A stretch of DNA of 39,358 nt. It comes from Octopus bimaculoides (Eukaryota). Position numbers and translations under genes: made by a program. The notes below the pieces were generated by a model, which had not been told where the DNA came from, did not search any database, and was given only the letters and a program-made list of their open reading frames with translations. How positions within the stretch are numbered: position 1 is the stretch's first letter; every line of letters begins with the position of its first letter. The stretch lies in assembly GCF_001194135.2 (NCBI RefSeq), contig NC_068988.1, positions 32,128,863 through 32,168,220 on the forward strand, written 5' to 3'. Shown here piece after piece: positions 1 through 12,151 of this stretch.

Positions 1-504
1 ATATATATGCAGATATTAATTCCATTAAAAAAACGCACACGAAATTAGCATCTGCACACTAACCATTTGAAATAACAACATATGAACTCCTGTCGGAATT
101 TACAGAACATGGACTAGAAGTCTCTTTGTCAATTCTACACAGCACAATCCTTGGATAACGAAACAACTTTAATTACCAAGATATGTTTTTATTTTCATAT
201 TTGCCTTTTTATTTTCTGTATCTCCCTTTCCAAAATAAATTCTTATATAATGAACTCTAATAATTCCTTCTATTGCAACACTCTTAACTCGTTTTTGATG
301 ATGGGATATCATTTATTTCCCTGGAACAGCTGTAAACGTCCATGAAATATCACATTGCCTCGGCGTTGTTAACTTATTTTATTTAAGATGCACACGCTCA
401 CACACGACCCACCTTAGAATACTCACTCATACTATTATTGAACCGGGAGCTTATCATTAACTGCCTTTTGGGTCTTTTGTATGCCAAAATCTTCCATATA
501 TATA

Positions 505-650
505 TTAAAGAGAGTGAGAGAGAGAAAGAAAAATAGATAGAATGATTGATAGATAGGTAGGTAGATAGATAGATAGTTAGATAGATAGAAAGATAGATAA
601 ATAGATAGACAGACAGACAGACACACATACATATATATGTATATATATGT
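505..650. repeat. Compound (AG)/(GATA)/(GACA)/(TA) microsatellite
   Basis: Direct inspection. Confidence 0.9.
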
Positions 651-1289
651 AAAATTTATTAATGAAGGTAGAAGTTGATATTAATCAATAAAAACCAGTG
701 GTCTTACACTGAGAAAATATTTTCTTCGTGGTTAGATGATTCGGCATCTATTTCTAGCATATAGGANNNNNNNNNNNNNNNNNNNNNNNNNNNNNNNNNN
801 NNNNNNNNNNNNNNNNNNNNNNNNNNNNNNNNNNNNNNNNNNNNNNNNNNNNNNNNNNNNNNNNNNTAAAGCGATTGACGGCGCTATTCAGCACCAGTAT
901 TGCTAGAGAAAAAGAGTCGAAAATAACTCATACCTACAATAACGCACTGTCAAGGAAGGCACGCTCCCTAAGAACCAGACATAACCAGTGACGTATATAT
1001 TGTTGCCTTTCAGTCGAAAAATTACCAACAAACCACCCTTATTATTTATGATGTACACCTTTGCCATTTATGAAATCATGGAGTGATTTCTACGGTGATC
1101 TTATAAGCAGATCAGTTCAACCCGAGGCGCCGATGAGAGCCACCAATGAGCATTAATGTAGATGCGAAATAACTGGTGATCTATGCCCGGTGCTTAGGGA
1201 GCTTGCCTTCTTTGTCAGTAAATAAGACGTTGCCTTATTGTGGCTATGAGTTGTTTTTACTCTAATTTCTCTTTCTCTCTCACTCTCTT

Positions 1290-1353
<64 letters not shown>

Positions 1354-1600
1354 CACACATACATACATGCGGTAGCATAGGTGTACTCAAACATGTATGT
1401 ACGCGTGTATGTATATATGATATATGTATGCATGTATGTATGTTTGTTTGTATGTATGATTGTAAATGATTCTAAATATTTTCTATCATTTGATGTAGTT
1501 AGCCAACTCTGGATTTCATCAGCGATTTTAAGGTATTCTACTCGATTTCTTTGCGATATGTGTATGTGTGTGTGTGTATGTGTGTGTGTGTGTGTAGGGG
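1290..1600. repeat. (CT)n(TA)n(CA)n and (GT)n microsatellites with degenerate (ATGT)
   Basis: Direct inspection. Confidence 0.9.
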
Positions 1601-1628
1601 GGGGGGTGCGTGTGTGCTTGTTTTCAAG

Positions 1629-1685
1629 ATGGAACTTGAAGGAGAAACATCAATAGATAATTGCATCTATTTATTGTTCAACCAA
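1629..1685 (+). CDS. Candidate short internal exon (MELEGETSIDNCIYLLFNQ), gene unknown
   Basis: ttttcaag|ATG...CAA|gtgagt: canonical acceptor and strong donor around 57 nt, open only in phase 0. No homology recognised. Confidence 0.3.
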
Positions 1686-2400
1686 GTGAGTATTATAGGA
1701 TTTTTACATTTTAAGAATCTAGAAACATCGAGATACATGCATTGTTTCACAGCCAACTTCTACGTAAAAACTCTAAGAATAATAAGCCAACTTTCCACAG
1801 GCTTGTATTTATACCTTTATCGCCTTCGAGTACCACCTTAAAACAATTATTTTTCCTTGACATCGCTCAAAGCTTCTAAGTTCTTACAACGATATACATA
1901 ACATATATATGCTGCAATAGTTGCATACACGTATATATGTATAAGGATACATATACATATTTTCCCGCATCGTTATTTTAGGATGTGAATTATACTATAA
2001 ATCTGGGAGTCTATCATTATTGTGACAAACTGACGTCTTTATGGAAGAGCATTTCAAATTGATGGTCCCGGAGCATATATATTTCATGAAGCCCCCCACT
2101 CGAGAAACAACTCAATACATACAATTTATCACAACGTCACTGGATACACGATAGAGCTTAGCAAAGAATTTCACTCTTCAAATAAAGACGTATAAGCGGA
2201 TAGTGATAGCAATACAATGGCTCCAGAATTCGTGATTTATAATATTAGCAGTCAGATCTGATATGGGTTACATAAAACTTTTGCATGTACATCTCATTTA
2301 GAAAGCCAAGATCTTCTTAAACCACTCACTACAACATTTTCTTCCATTCACTGAATAAAAATATTTTGAAGTTTCATATTATATTATTATATCAAATATA

Positions 2401-2780
2401 CACGGTGTGTTCCAGAAGTTTTTAAACGTTTTAAGGAGTGATATTTATTTACAAAACTCTAATCTCACTCAAAGTAGGATTCACTGTCTTCAAAGAATTT
2501 GTTGTAGCGCTCCAGTGATTTTGTGGAGTGACAATGAAGCTGCTTTGGTTCGTTCGCCCTCAAAAGGACTGCCTCTGAGGTCCTCCTTCAGTTTGGGGAA
2601 CGACCGAAAGTCACAAAGAGCAAGGTCTGAACTTCTAGGGCAGGAGAGGGATAGTTTGAATAACAGTTTTTGTTATGTAGTGGGTTCCTAGATTTCATGA
2701 CACTGAGTACCTTCGGAAGAAACCTAGCACATGTTCAGAAGTTCATGAATTCTGCGTACAGTTGTCACACCTTCTCAAAA
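2401..2780 (-). mobile_element. Internally deleted mariner remnant (3' end plus WVPxxL region)
   Basis: Minus strand gives ARFLPKVLS (~2700-2735, WVPKLL-like), SSDLALCDFRSFPKLK (~2590-2633, YSPDLAPxD-like) and ERYNKFFEDSESYFE* (stop 2465-2467). TA at 2399-2400 is followed by a TIR-like cacggtgtgttccagaagt. Confidence 0.8.
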
Positions 2781-2954
2781 CTCTACCGCCCATGAATCTA
2801 CTCTACCAATAATGTTAATTCATAAGTTGTTAGGAGCATTTAATATTTCTGTATGTTTTTGTTCAGTTTAGGACAAAACTGTATTGCATAGCAAGCTTCC
2901 AACCATTCTGACTGCATTCTGAAAATTAGTTAATTGTCAGAGTTAGTTATTTGT

Positions 2955-3168
2955 ATTTGACGGATATTTGTCCTCATCTTGTTTGTTGTTAACACAACGT
3001 TTGGGTTGATATACGCTCCAGCCTTCATCAGATGTCTTGGGGAAATTTCTAACCTGGAATCTCATCCCTAAGGTTCGAAATTTCACCAGGACACCTGATG
3101 AACGCTGTGTTAACAACACACAAGATGGGGACAAATATCCGTCAAATGTAAATAATGTAAATAATGTA
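2955..3168. mobile_element. Two head-to-head copies of a short Penelope-associated type repeat
   Basis: 2955-3001 is the near-perfect reverse complement of 3101-3147; the ggaaatttc/gaaatttc segments also mirror. The right copy ends in a (gtaaataat)x2 tail. Confidence 0.75.
2991..3036 (-). ncRNA. Degenerate minimal type I hammerhead ribozyme motif
   Basis: Minus strand: gacat-CTGATGA-a-ggctg-gagcgtatat-caacc-cAAA-CGTT-gtgtt. Stem I gacat/gtgtt, stem II ggctg/caacc with 1 mismatch, palindromic AACGTT stem III; the core GAAA is mutated to CAAA. Confidence 0.55.
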
Positions 3169-3703
3169 CATAGTTCCTCATCTCTTAAATATATAACTGT
3201 GAGAGTTAGTGTTTAGTAGTGTGTGTTCAAAGTGCTGCTACAGTCGTCTCGTTTGATCTAGAATAACAAAGGTTGGCAGGCCAGTACTTTAGGTAATATA
3301 TAGTAATGATATACTAAATTTAAAATAAACTCCGGCAGTTATAACTGTCTGCTCTAAAGATGTCTCAAAACTTATTTTATGCAACTCAGATACTAGTGGG
3401 TAGTGACTATCCCAAATATGTCTCTCAAAATTATCATTATGACGTTGTTGTTGTTTTCGTTTCTAATAGTACTTGGAATTTTAATAGGAGCAACACTGCA
3501 TTCTCACTGATGATTATGTTCCAAAATAACTAGTGCTTTGTATCTCAGTAAAAGCCAAGTCTAATAAAAATATCTATGAAAATTTATTAGTTTCATTTCT
3601 AAAACTAACAAACTTTAGAAATGCACCAAAAATTTGCTAAGCATACTATCAAAGAAGATACCACTTTATTGATTTATATCTTGTCTCAAAAATTCATCAG
3701 AAA

Positions 3704-3738
<35 letters not shown>

Positions 3739-3769
3739 NNNNNNNNNNNNNNNNNNNNNNNTTCCTCTA

Positions 3770-3818
<49 letters not shown>

Positions 3819-5856
3819 ATGTGTGTGTGTGTTCTAGTGGATGGATTGTTAAAAGTAATACATTACTGTCGAATCACCTCAGTAGTCATTGTTGCAAAAT
3901 GCAAACGAAATGCTGAATCATGCACAGTTTCATCTTACACAGAAATGTTCATTACGCTCAGAAAAGATTCACAGACGAAGGAAGGATCATCACTTTTGTT
4001 TTAGACAAAATAATCAGAAGTCCAAAACGCACATGCTTACACACGCACTCGCACAATCACCCGTAGCCGAAGATGCATTTCACCGAACGTTTAATGAAGT
4101 CACTCTGAAACATTGACGCACCATTCTCCAAATCTAAGCATGATTTCTTGGACAGATATAATTTTCTATATATTCGGAAATACCCATTTCTAAAGAGCAA
4201 AATTATGTCACACCAATTGGGTCAGTAAATTTCACATCCCAGTCAAGTACACGTTTATTCAAGAACAATTATTTTAGTGATTCATACATATTCAAAAAGA
4301 AAGGTGCACACATATATATTACCCGTACTATATTGTCTAAAAGTGACAAATGCTTACACCAAATATCAAAATCACAAGGAGTAATCTGCAGGAAGTACCA
4401 CTTTACCTAATAATTTTTGCATCGTAATATACTGTGATATTTTTGATGGAATCAAGTCGGTGCTGGTTAGTGGGTACAATTCGTATTGAATTGAATTCAC
4501 TTCACTTTTACAAGAAAAAAAAATAAAATAGAAATTATAAGCCACCATTACTTAAACAAATATAGTTCTTCTAAAGTAGCTTACTAATTTAGACTATTAG
4601 TAATTTAACGGCACTGGCTTATAATAAAGCACCAAGATCGTAGAAAATACGAAGTATTGTAAAGAGTAATGTAAGAATGCATGTGTAAGACAGATGTGTG
4701 TCGTTCCTTTGCTATGTACTATATACTTTGCTATGTTATATACTCATAAAGTTCCTTTAGGTCTTACATTAAACTACATTCGATATGATAAACAACAATT
4801 ACTAGATACGCCTTGTAAAATGTTACTTGGACATCGGAAGCGATTATAACGATACTGTCGATTATAAATAACATTTGAAACGAAAACTTTTGACTCATTA
4901 CTTTTCAAAACATTTCTATTTTAGTAGTATATCGAAATCAAAATAGATGAAAAGAAAACGGAAAGAGAAACGGAGATGAGGAGAAGGAAAAAGAGAGGTA
5001 GAAGAGCGAAAGAGAGAGAGAAGAGCAAAAGAGAGAGATGAAGAAAAAGAGTTTGAGAGAGAAGCGGAGAAAGAATTGGAAAATCCTTATACCATAATAC
5101 CCTTGAGCCACGTCGATGGAGCCTATTAAGTTGTTTAGTCTATAAGAAGACTGATATTGTTCAGTGAGTAAATATCGGACAATTCAACATATTCTAACGA
5201 CGCATTTCATCAGAACATTTGTAGAATACTACGGGTAATTAATTACAACTTAACAATGCGTCGAAATCTGAGGTGTTAATTACTTTTGCGGTAAATATTG
5301 CGGCGTCATGGTAGTATTGAATGGTTTTTAGTTGAACACAATTATAAGAGATTACAGACACAACGAATGCAATACACAGAACAATCTCTAAACACACGTT
5401 AACAAACACATACAAATACTCAAAACATAGAAGTGTATGCACATAGGTATGCACACACACATGTCATGTATATAAAGTCATACGAGCATATATATGAGAG
5501 AGTATATGAAAATTCTTAAATTCTTATCACTGAATGTATTGTTTGTCTATAAAAATAATAATCTAGAATTTCATGTATACAAAGGCAAGCAAATAGCTTT
5601 CTTATTTGGGTTTATTTAGAATTCTACGTATATATGTCTGTGTGTGCTTGAGTCTATACATACAAATGTATGTGTACATACATACACACAAACACACGCT
5701 CAAACACTTATTTATATACGCAAATATGACATTTACAGAAAGCAGTTTTCATATACACGAATATATGTGCACACGCACACTCACACTTACACATATACTC
5801 TCCCTCACACACACATATACGTTTTAATACGTGTGTGTATGTGTGTGTGTGTGTGA

Positions 5857-5896
<40 letters not shown>

Positions 5897-5904
5897 TTGT
5901 GCTT

Positions 5905-6112
5905 GTGTTTTGTGTTTGTCTCCCATTAACACTTGGCAACTGGTGTTAGCTTGTTTTCTTCCTTACAACATAGTAACTTGGCATAAATGAGATCCACAGA
6001 ATAAATGCTTGGCTTAAAATAATAAGTGCAAGGATTGATTTGTTCGATTAAAACCTTCAGTATGGTGTCCTATCATGTCCGTACACCAATGAATGAAACA
6101 ACCAAAAGATAG
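5905..6112 (+). mobile_element. Old SINE copy, family A, 3' half
   Basis: Aligns by eye with the reverse complement of 26958-27160 (tgtgtttgtc.ccc..., gatttgttcga, tgaaacaa..aaaaga tail). Confidence 0.75.
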
Positions 6113-6954
6113 AGTGGAACCAATCAATACTGATCTATTTGTTGCAGTACCAAAGGAATTGTGTAGCTTTCGTAATAACTTTGCTATTGACACGATTCAC
6201 TAATCATAACCATAAACTCTATACTTGCTCCACTCCAAAAATTTCTACAGCGTGGAATTCGAAACGGAAACAAGCAGCACAAAATATCTATGCGAGGCTA
6301 GTTCAGCCTGTCTCATAGAATGACGACGTTCTCATTTTAGAGACTCCAAAACATCAGTTTCTCTTGAGGCTCGTAAATAATCAGGCATGAAGAATTCACG
6401 TCTTATAATCCACACCTTTCTTGCTATAAACATTCTAACATCGAATCACATGATCTCCTAAGAGAACTTGGTTTGTCTAAAATGAAGGCAGAATTTGTTG
6501 GTTAAAGACTGGAATATGTCGTCCTGTTTGCTAGTGGTATTGTATTTCATTCGTATTCGCCCAAAAGAGTTTCAACTTCCTTCATCATAAACAAAAGCTT
6601 GGTGATATGCAATGTTATTGATAGCCTCCACATACATCGCAATCCAACTAAAATAGTCAATTGATAGATTCTTCACATTTTATAATAAAAATGGTTTTGG
6701 TATAAATTGCTAGTTTATTTCCAAGATTCCCAATTTTCTACCTATATGAAAAATACGTGTGTCGTTGTTAAGTAGATTTTGGTATTAATATATTAGGCAA
6801 CTCCAATAAGAAATTTGTAGTAATTTCGTAACTTTGTGAATTTCATTTAATATGCAACCTAGCTGAAAAAGAAAATAATGTCTTTTATCGTAATACAACA
6901 GTCACCTGACAGATTCATATTACACTCGGAAAAAAATGACCTATAAAATATATT

Positions 6955-7075
6955 GATTTCAAATTTTGGCAAAGTATCAGCAATTTCGAGGGAGGGAATT
7001 TGTTGATTATATTGAACCCAGTGCTAAAAGGTACTTATTTTATAAAGTACGATAAAAGTCAATGTTGTCCCCAGT
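6955..7075 (-). mobile_element. Degenerate SINE fragment, family B
   Basis: gatttcaaattttggca...agcaattt...ggtacttattttat is shared with 38274-38345 and 30572-30660. Confidence 0.6.
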
Positions 7076-8397
7076 GCTAAGTACTTTTCTCTGGCACAAC
7101 AATTTTGCCAGCTTTTCGTCTTAACCTCTTTACACAACATACAAAAATATATTTATGTTACAAAAGCATGCCATCCATTTCTTGTTCAGCTCAAATTATC
7201 ATCTTGCTACCATTTCATTTAAGCTGGGAGTAAAAAAAAAATTGCAAATCCATAGAACAGATAACAGTAGCATTCTCAAAACGGAAAGACGGATTTACAG
7301 GAAATGCTCAAAGGATAGCTAACGAAGAAATGTTTATCACTCATAAACGTTATTTAAGATACGGTCGGTAATATTTTAGTTGGTAACAATAAGTTAAGAT
7401 AGTTTTTCAAAAGAATTTCCGTCAATGACGCCGGGAAATTATGAAATTTCCTTTTTAAAAGGTGTAGCCTCTCCATTCGAGCATAAATTTTCTTTAAGTG
7501 AGGAGCACTGAGTGATGCAAATGGTGGATGCATTTCCTAGGACATTGCTATTAAAGGGAACGATACCAGAGCAACTTGACACCATTTGACTATAAGCCAG
7601 AGCGATGTTCACAACATTATTAACCAAAAACAAGTAAAGATAACTACATACGTTAAATTAAATATCTATGTCAAGCGTTAAGTAAAATTGATCCTTTGAA
7701 ATACATTCAGTCGTAGTTGACATATTTAGCATATATCAGTGTCATTTGTTACAACCAATTCTATTGTTTTCTTTCCACATTCAAAAATGATGGAAACATT
7801 AGAAACTTCTGAAAAGTTAGAATTCATTTCGTAATTTGTAACCAAAGAGCTGTATGAATTAATTTGTTCTTACCTTATATTAAACTAAATATTCTTTATA
7901 AATAATAATGCAGACATGCACATCGTTGAAACAGAAACGAAGGGACATAACTCTGTAACTCAAATAATTTAGCTCATATAGAGCAAGATCATTAGAATTG
8001 CAATTATCTATTAAAAAATGGTAAAGTTCATCTTGCATCGTCAACAGTTAGCTGACCTGTGTGATAATCAGTCTAGCTAGTTGTCTGCAGCCTTGTCATT
8101 TCCAACACACTCACAATTACTGTCTAATTGAGAGCATATATTATTTACACATGTAAATCAACGACTAACAACGGAATAAATTCAAAACCGGTTACTGAGT
8201 ATCTATCTATCTACCTATCTATCTATCTATTTATCATTCTGTCTGTCTGTCTGTCTCTCAGTCTGTCTCCCAGTTTCTCTGTCAGTCTATATCAGTAAAT
8301 TACTGTCACTTCCTACTCTTCCTATACACATACACACACATATATATATATATGTATGTGTGTGTGTGTGTGTGCGTGTATATATATATATATATAT

Positions 8398-9321
8398 NNN
8401 NNNNNNNNNNNNNNNNNNNNNNNNNNNNNNNNNNNNNNNNNNNNNNNNNNNNNNNNNNNNNNNNNNNNNNNNNNNNNNNNNNNNNNNNNNNNNNNNNNNN
8501 NNNNNNNNNNNNNNNNNNNNNNNNNNNNNNNNNNNNNNNNNNNNNNNNNNNNNNNNNNNNNNNNNNNNNNNNNNNNNNNNNNNNNNNNNNNNNNNNNNNN
8601 NNNNNNNNNNNNNNNNNNNNNNNNNNNNNNNNNNNNNNNNNNNNNNNNNNNNNNNNNNNNNNNNNNNNNNNNNNNNNNNNNNNNNNNNNNNNNNNNNNNN
8701 NNNNNNNNNNNNNNNNNNNNNNNNNNNNNNNNNNNNNNNNNNNNNNNNNNNNNNNNNNNNNNNNNNNNNNNNNNNNNNNNNNNNNNNNNNNNNNNNNNNN
8801 NNNNNNNNNNNNNNNNNNNNNNNNNNNNNNNNNNNNNNNNNNNNNNNNNNNNNNNNNNNNNNNNNNNNNNNNNNNNNNNNNNNNNNNNNNNNNNNNNNNN
8901 NNNNNNNNNNNNNNNNNNNNNNNNNNNNNNNNNNNNNNNNNNNNNNNNNNNNNNNNNNNNNNNNNNNNNNNNNNNNNNNNNNNNNNNNNNNNNNNNNNNN
9001 NNNNNNNNNNNNNNNNNNNNNNNNNNNNNNNNNNNNNNNNNNNNNNNNNNNNNNNNNNNNNNNNNNNNNNNNNNNNNNNNNNNNNNNNNNNNNNNNNNNN
9101 NNNNNNNNNNNNNNNNNNNNNNNNNNNNNNNNNNNNNNNNNNNNNNNNNNNNNNNNNNNNNNNNNNNNNNNNNNNNNNNNNNNNNNNNNNNNNNNNNNNN
9201 NNNNNNNNNNNNNNNNNNNNNNNNNNNNNNNNNNNNNNNNNNNNNNNNNNNNNNNNNNNNNNNNNNNNNNNNNNNNNNNNNNNNNNNNNNNNNNNNNNNN
9301 NNNNNNNNNNNNNNNNNNNNN
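8398..9321. other. Assembly gap, largest of 12 (others: 767-866, 3739-3761, 12153-12161, 12706-13252, 17809-17900, 20891-21163, 21846-22350, 23545-23767, 27224-28041, 32733-32846, 36230-36779)
   Basis: N-runs, most abutting microsatellites. Confidence 0.99.
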
Positions 9322-9360
9322 ATATATGTATATATATACATATATATACATACAAATTTA

Positions 9361-10575
9361 TTGAGTTGGCAAGAAAGTGATTTCGTTTTCTGGAAATAGA
9401 GTTAAGGTTGAGTTATGTCAATGTTATGACTTTTTCTTTTGACATTTGATAGACATTACAAATATCTTACTTTAGTAGCAAAGTGCACCTAATTTTGTTT
9501 ACAGCTGTTAGTTCAGTATCAGTTTTAACATGGATTGAAAAATTGAATATTTTCGCCTTATTTGGCTTTTTGATATCCGTAGAGGCAAGAAGACTGCCGA
9601 GGCTCACAAAGAGATATGTGAAGCTTATGATATTTGTTGATTGACAGAACGCATATATCAGAAATGATTTTTTAAATTCCGTTCTGGAGATTTTTCACTC
9701 AGAGTTGACCAACATTCTGATCGAGCTAGTGAAGTTGATGATGACCTAATCAAATCCATAATTGAATCTGATTGTCATGTAACTTTGCGAGAGATTGCAG
9801 AGATTAAATGTATCACATTCAACAATTGCAAAATCACTTAAAATGTCTTGGACTCGTTAAGAAGCGTGTTATTTAGGTTCCACATAAATTGATAGAAGAT
9901 CTACTTAACACAACGAATCAATATGTGTGATATGCATCTTAAAGGCAAAGAAATTGACCTTTTTTGAAACGGAATCACTTGTGATAAAAAGCGATCATAA
10001 ACCAGCAAAAACCAAGCTGAATTGCATAAGAAAAGGACATGCTGTCAATTTGATGTGTTTCGTATTTTGGGCTGTTTCCATGGAGCCAAACGATCAATTC
10101 AGATGTTTACTGTCAACAAATAATGAAACTAGAGGAAGCAATCAAAAGAAAACGGCCACAATTGGCAAGTCGTGAATATATCGTATTGCGACATGGCAGA
10201 GCTAGACCGCACACGTCTTTCCTAACTCGTGTAAAAGTATTGGAGCTTGGCAGGGAAGCGATGTCATAACCACCATATAGCCCTGATCTTGCAACATCAG
10301 ATTATTTCGAAGTTTGCAAAATTCTTTGAATGGTAAAACTTTGAATGATAAAAGAATGATGATGACCCGAAATTGCACTTGTTTCTATCTAATGCTGATG
10401 AGGATCAGAAGTTCCATGAGTGCGGAATCATGAAGTTACCAGACAGATGGCGGAAGTTCATCGAACAAAATGGAAAATATTTAATGAATTAAAGTTCATT
10501 CTTTGCATGAAATAAACTAACTTTGCATGAAATAAACTAACTTTTATTTCACTCCTAAAAACCCAAATTACGAAA
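9361..10575 (+). mobile_element. Near full-length dead mariner (Mos1/Hsmar1-like DD34D)
   Basis: TA at 9359-9360, then TIR ttgagttggcaagaaagtgatttcg. ATG at 9530; FRLIWLFDIRRGKKTAEAHKEICEAY, FKFRSGDFSL, I*VPHKL, TCDKK, HGRARPH (second D lost), PPYSPDLATSDY, RWRKFIEQNGKY. Many stops and frameshifts; 3' TIR only partial. Confidence 0.92.
10501..10540. repeat. Perfect 20 bp tandem duplication in the mariner 3' UTR
   Basis: ctttgcatgaaataaactaa x2. Confidence 0.95.
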
Positions 10576-10960
10576 TTACGCAAAAATGAAAATAACACTG
10601 AAACCACACTATAACCGATATATTTGCCAAAGTTACATAGGAATAACTTGAAATACTAAAAAGTGAATTTATTCAATAAAATCGCCGGGCGAATTCGCAA
10701 TCTCCTGCAACTCTTCAGGTCAGTCCCCTTAATTGAGTTGGTGAATGCTGCCATAATCCTTGCCTTTAAGTTCCTCTTTCATGTTACAAGTTGTTATGTT
10801 GGTCTTTTTCTCAACTGCGCCCTGCACGTAATAATAAAGGGGGTTGCAGTCTATAGAGTCAGGTGACCAGATGTTGGGGGTGATGTGGTCACAGAAATTG
10901 TCTGAGAGCAATGACTGGGTGTTTCTGCCAGACATGGGGTCTTCTATCAGCGACACTCCC
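10570..10960 (-). mobile_element. maT/DD37D (Bmmar1-like) transposase 3' fragment
   Basis: NTQSLLSDNFCDHITPNIWSPDSIDCNPLYYYVQGAVEKKTN matches the WPPNSPDLNPLDY-type motif. C-terminus ...GDFIE* with stop at 10668-10670. Confidence 0.85.
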
Positions 10961-11260
10961 GCCTCAGGGCAGCACTACCACCCACCTCGAGGCACTTTAG
11001 TCTACGTATTGAGTCATAGGCCGTTCGGAAAAAAAGAATGGAGTCATAACGTCACCATTATCCAAATACCATGATCGAGCATTCGGTGCGAATGCTAAGT
11101 AGTACAGCATGTCATTTTTCAATTTTCAGCACAGTGAATTGCGTCATGGTACTGTTGTTCTCAAAAACGGTGCCCAACTTACCCTCCTATACTGTATACT
11201 AGATAAAACCAAAACGAAAAAAAAATCCACATGTGCGAAATGAAATTTAAAAATAGCGAC

Positions 11261-11276
11261 AATTTAATCAATCGCA

Positions 11277-11321
<45 letters not shown>

Positions 11322-11338
11322 GTGCGATTGATTTAATT
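11261..11338. repeat. Near-perfect palindrome with a (TA)n centre
   Basis: aatcaatcgcacatt (11266-11280) and aatgtgcgattgatt (11319-11333) are exact reverse complements flanking (TA)n. Confidence 0.9.
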
Positions 11339-11372
11339 ATTACTATATAATTATATATATACATGTATATAT

Positions 11373-12095
11373 TAATAATGGGAATTTTTATAAGTTTAAA
11401 GCTATCAGCGTGCAAATGACTAAAGAGAAAATAGAGTAGGCTTTCCGTACGCGTGGAAGTCGAAACTTCATTCCTTTTTTAACGCGACTAAGTGTGTAAC
11501 CAAAGACACCAGCGAGCCAGCCTGCTCCTTCTTGTCAAATTTAAGAACTCTATTGGTTCGTAGTTGTTTTTGTCAGCACATTTTATGTGCTTTCGGTGCG
11601 AAATGGTTTGTTAAGCGGTGTCGAATTTTTCAATTCTCTAAATAATAAGGATGGTACTTTTATAAGCTTAAAGCTTCACCGTGCAAATGACTAAGTAAAA
11701 TAGTCTAGTAATAGGGCAAATAAGACCCGTGGTACTCGAATGCACATCTCTTTATTAAGGCGACTAAGTGTGTTAGTGATTAAACCAGCGAACCAGCCTA
11801 CTACTTTCTGTCAAATTGAAGAACAATATTAGTTCGTAGTGGGTTTTGTAAACAAACTTTATGTGCTTTCGATGTGAACGCGTTCGTTAAGCGGTGTCGA
11901 GGTTTACAATTCTCTAAATAATAATGATATGTTTTATAAGCTTAAAGCATATAGCCACACCGGGCAAATGACAACAAAAATAGTACAATAATGGGGCATA
12001 CTAAACAATTTCCTTATTCATGTGCAAGGTACGGCTATATACCATTATTATAATTTACGGAATTGTAATACTCGACACCGCTTAACAACTCCATT

Positions 12096-12097
<2 letters not shown>
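11373..12097. repeat. ~276 bp tandem repeat x2.3 plus an inverted partial copy
   Basis: Anchors gcgactaagtgtg at 11484/11760, gttaagcggtgtcga at 11610/11886, gcaaatgac at 11412/11683/11964; inverted tcgacaccgcttaac at 12072-12086. Confidence 0.85.

Positions 12098-12151
<54 letters not shown>

Noticed and set aside
3870-4440. Minus-strand peptides ETVHDSAFRL and NITVYYDA resembling iGluR ATD motifs (also VLMDLL near 19100 and YYHDAA near 5300)
   Set aside because: They are in the wrong order relative to the 20645-20810 candidate. Such short matches arise by chance, which also tempers the host-gene hypothesis.
7439-7633. 64 aa minus-strand ORF with complex sequence
   Set aside because: No recognisable motif or convincing splice sites; the length is compatible with chance.
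8287-9399. Long ORFs of 300+ aa here and at 12556-13452, 20641-21582, 21778-22563, 27096-28108 and 36133-36923
   Set aside because: They run through N gaps and dinucleotide repeats ([12 protein letters not shown]) and are not real proteins.
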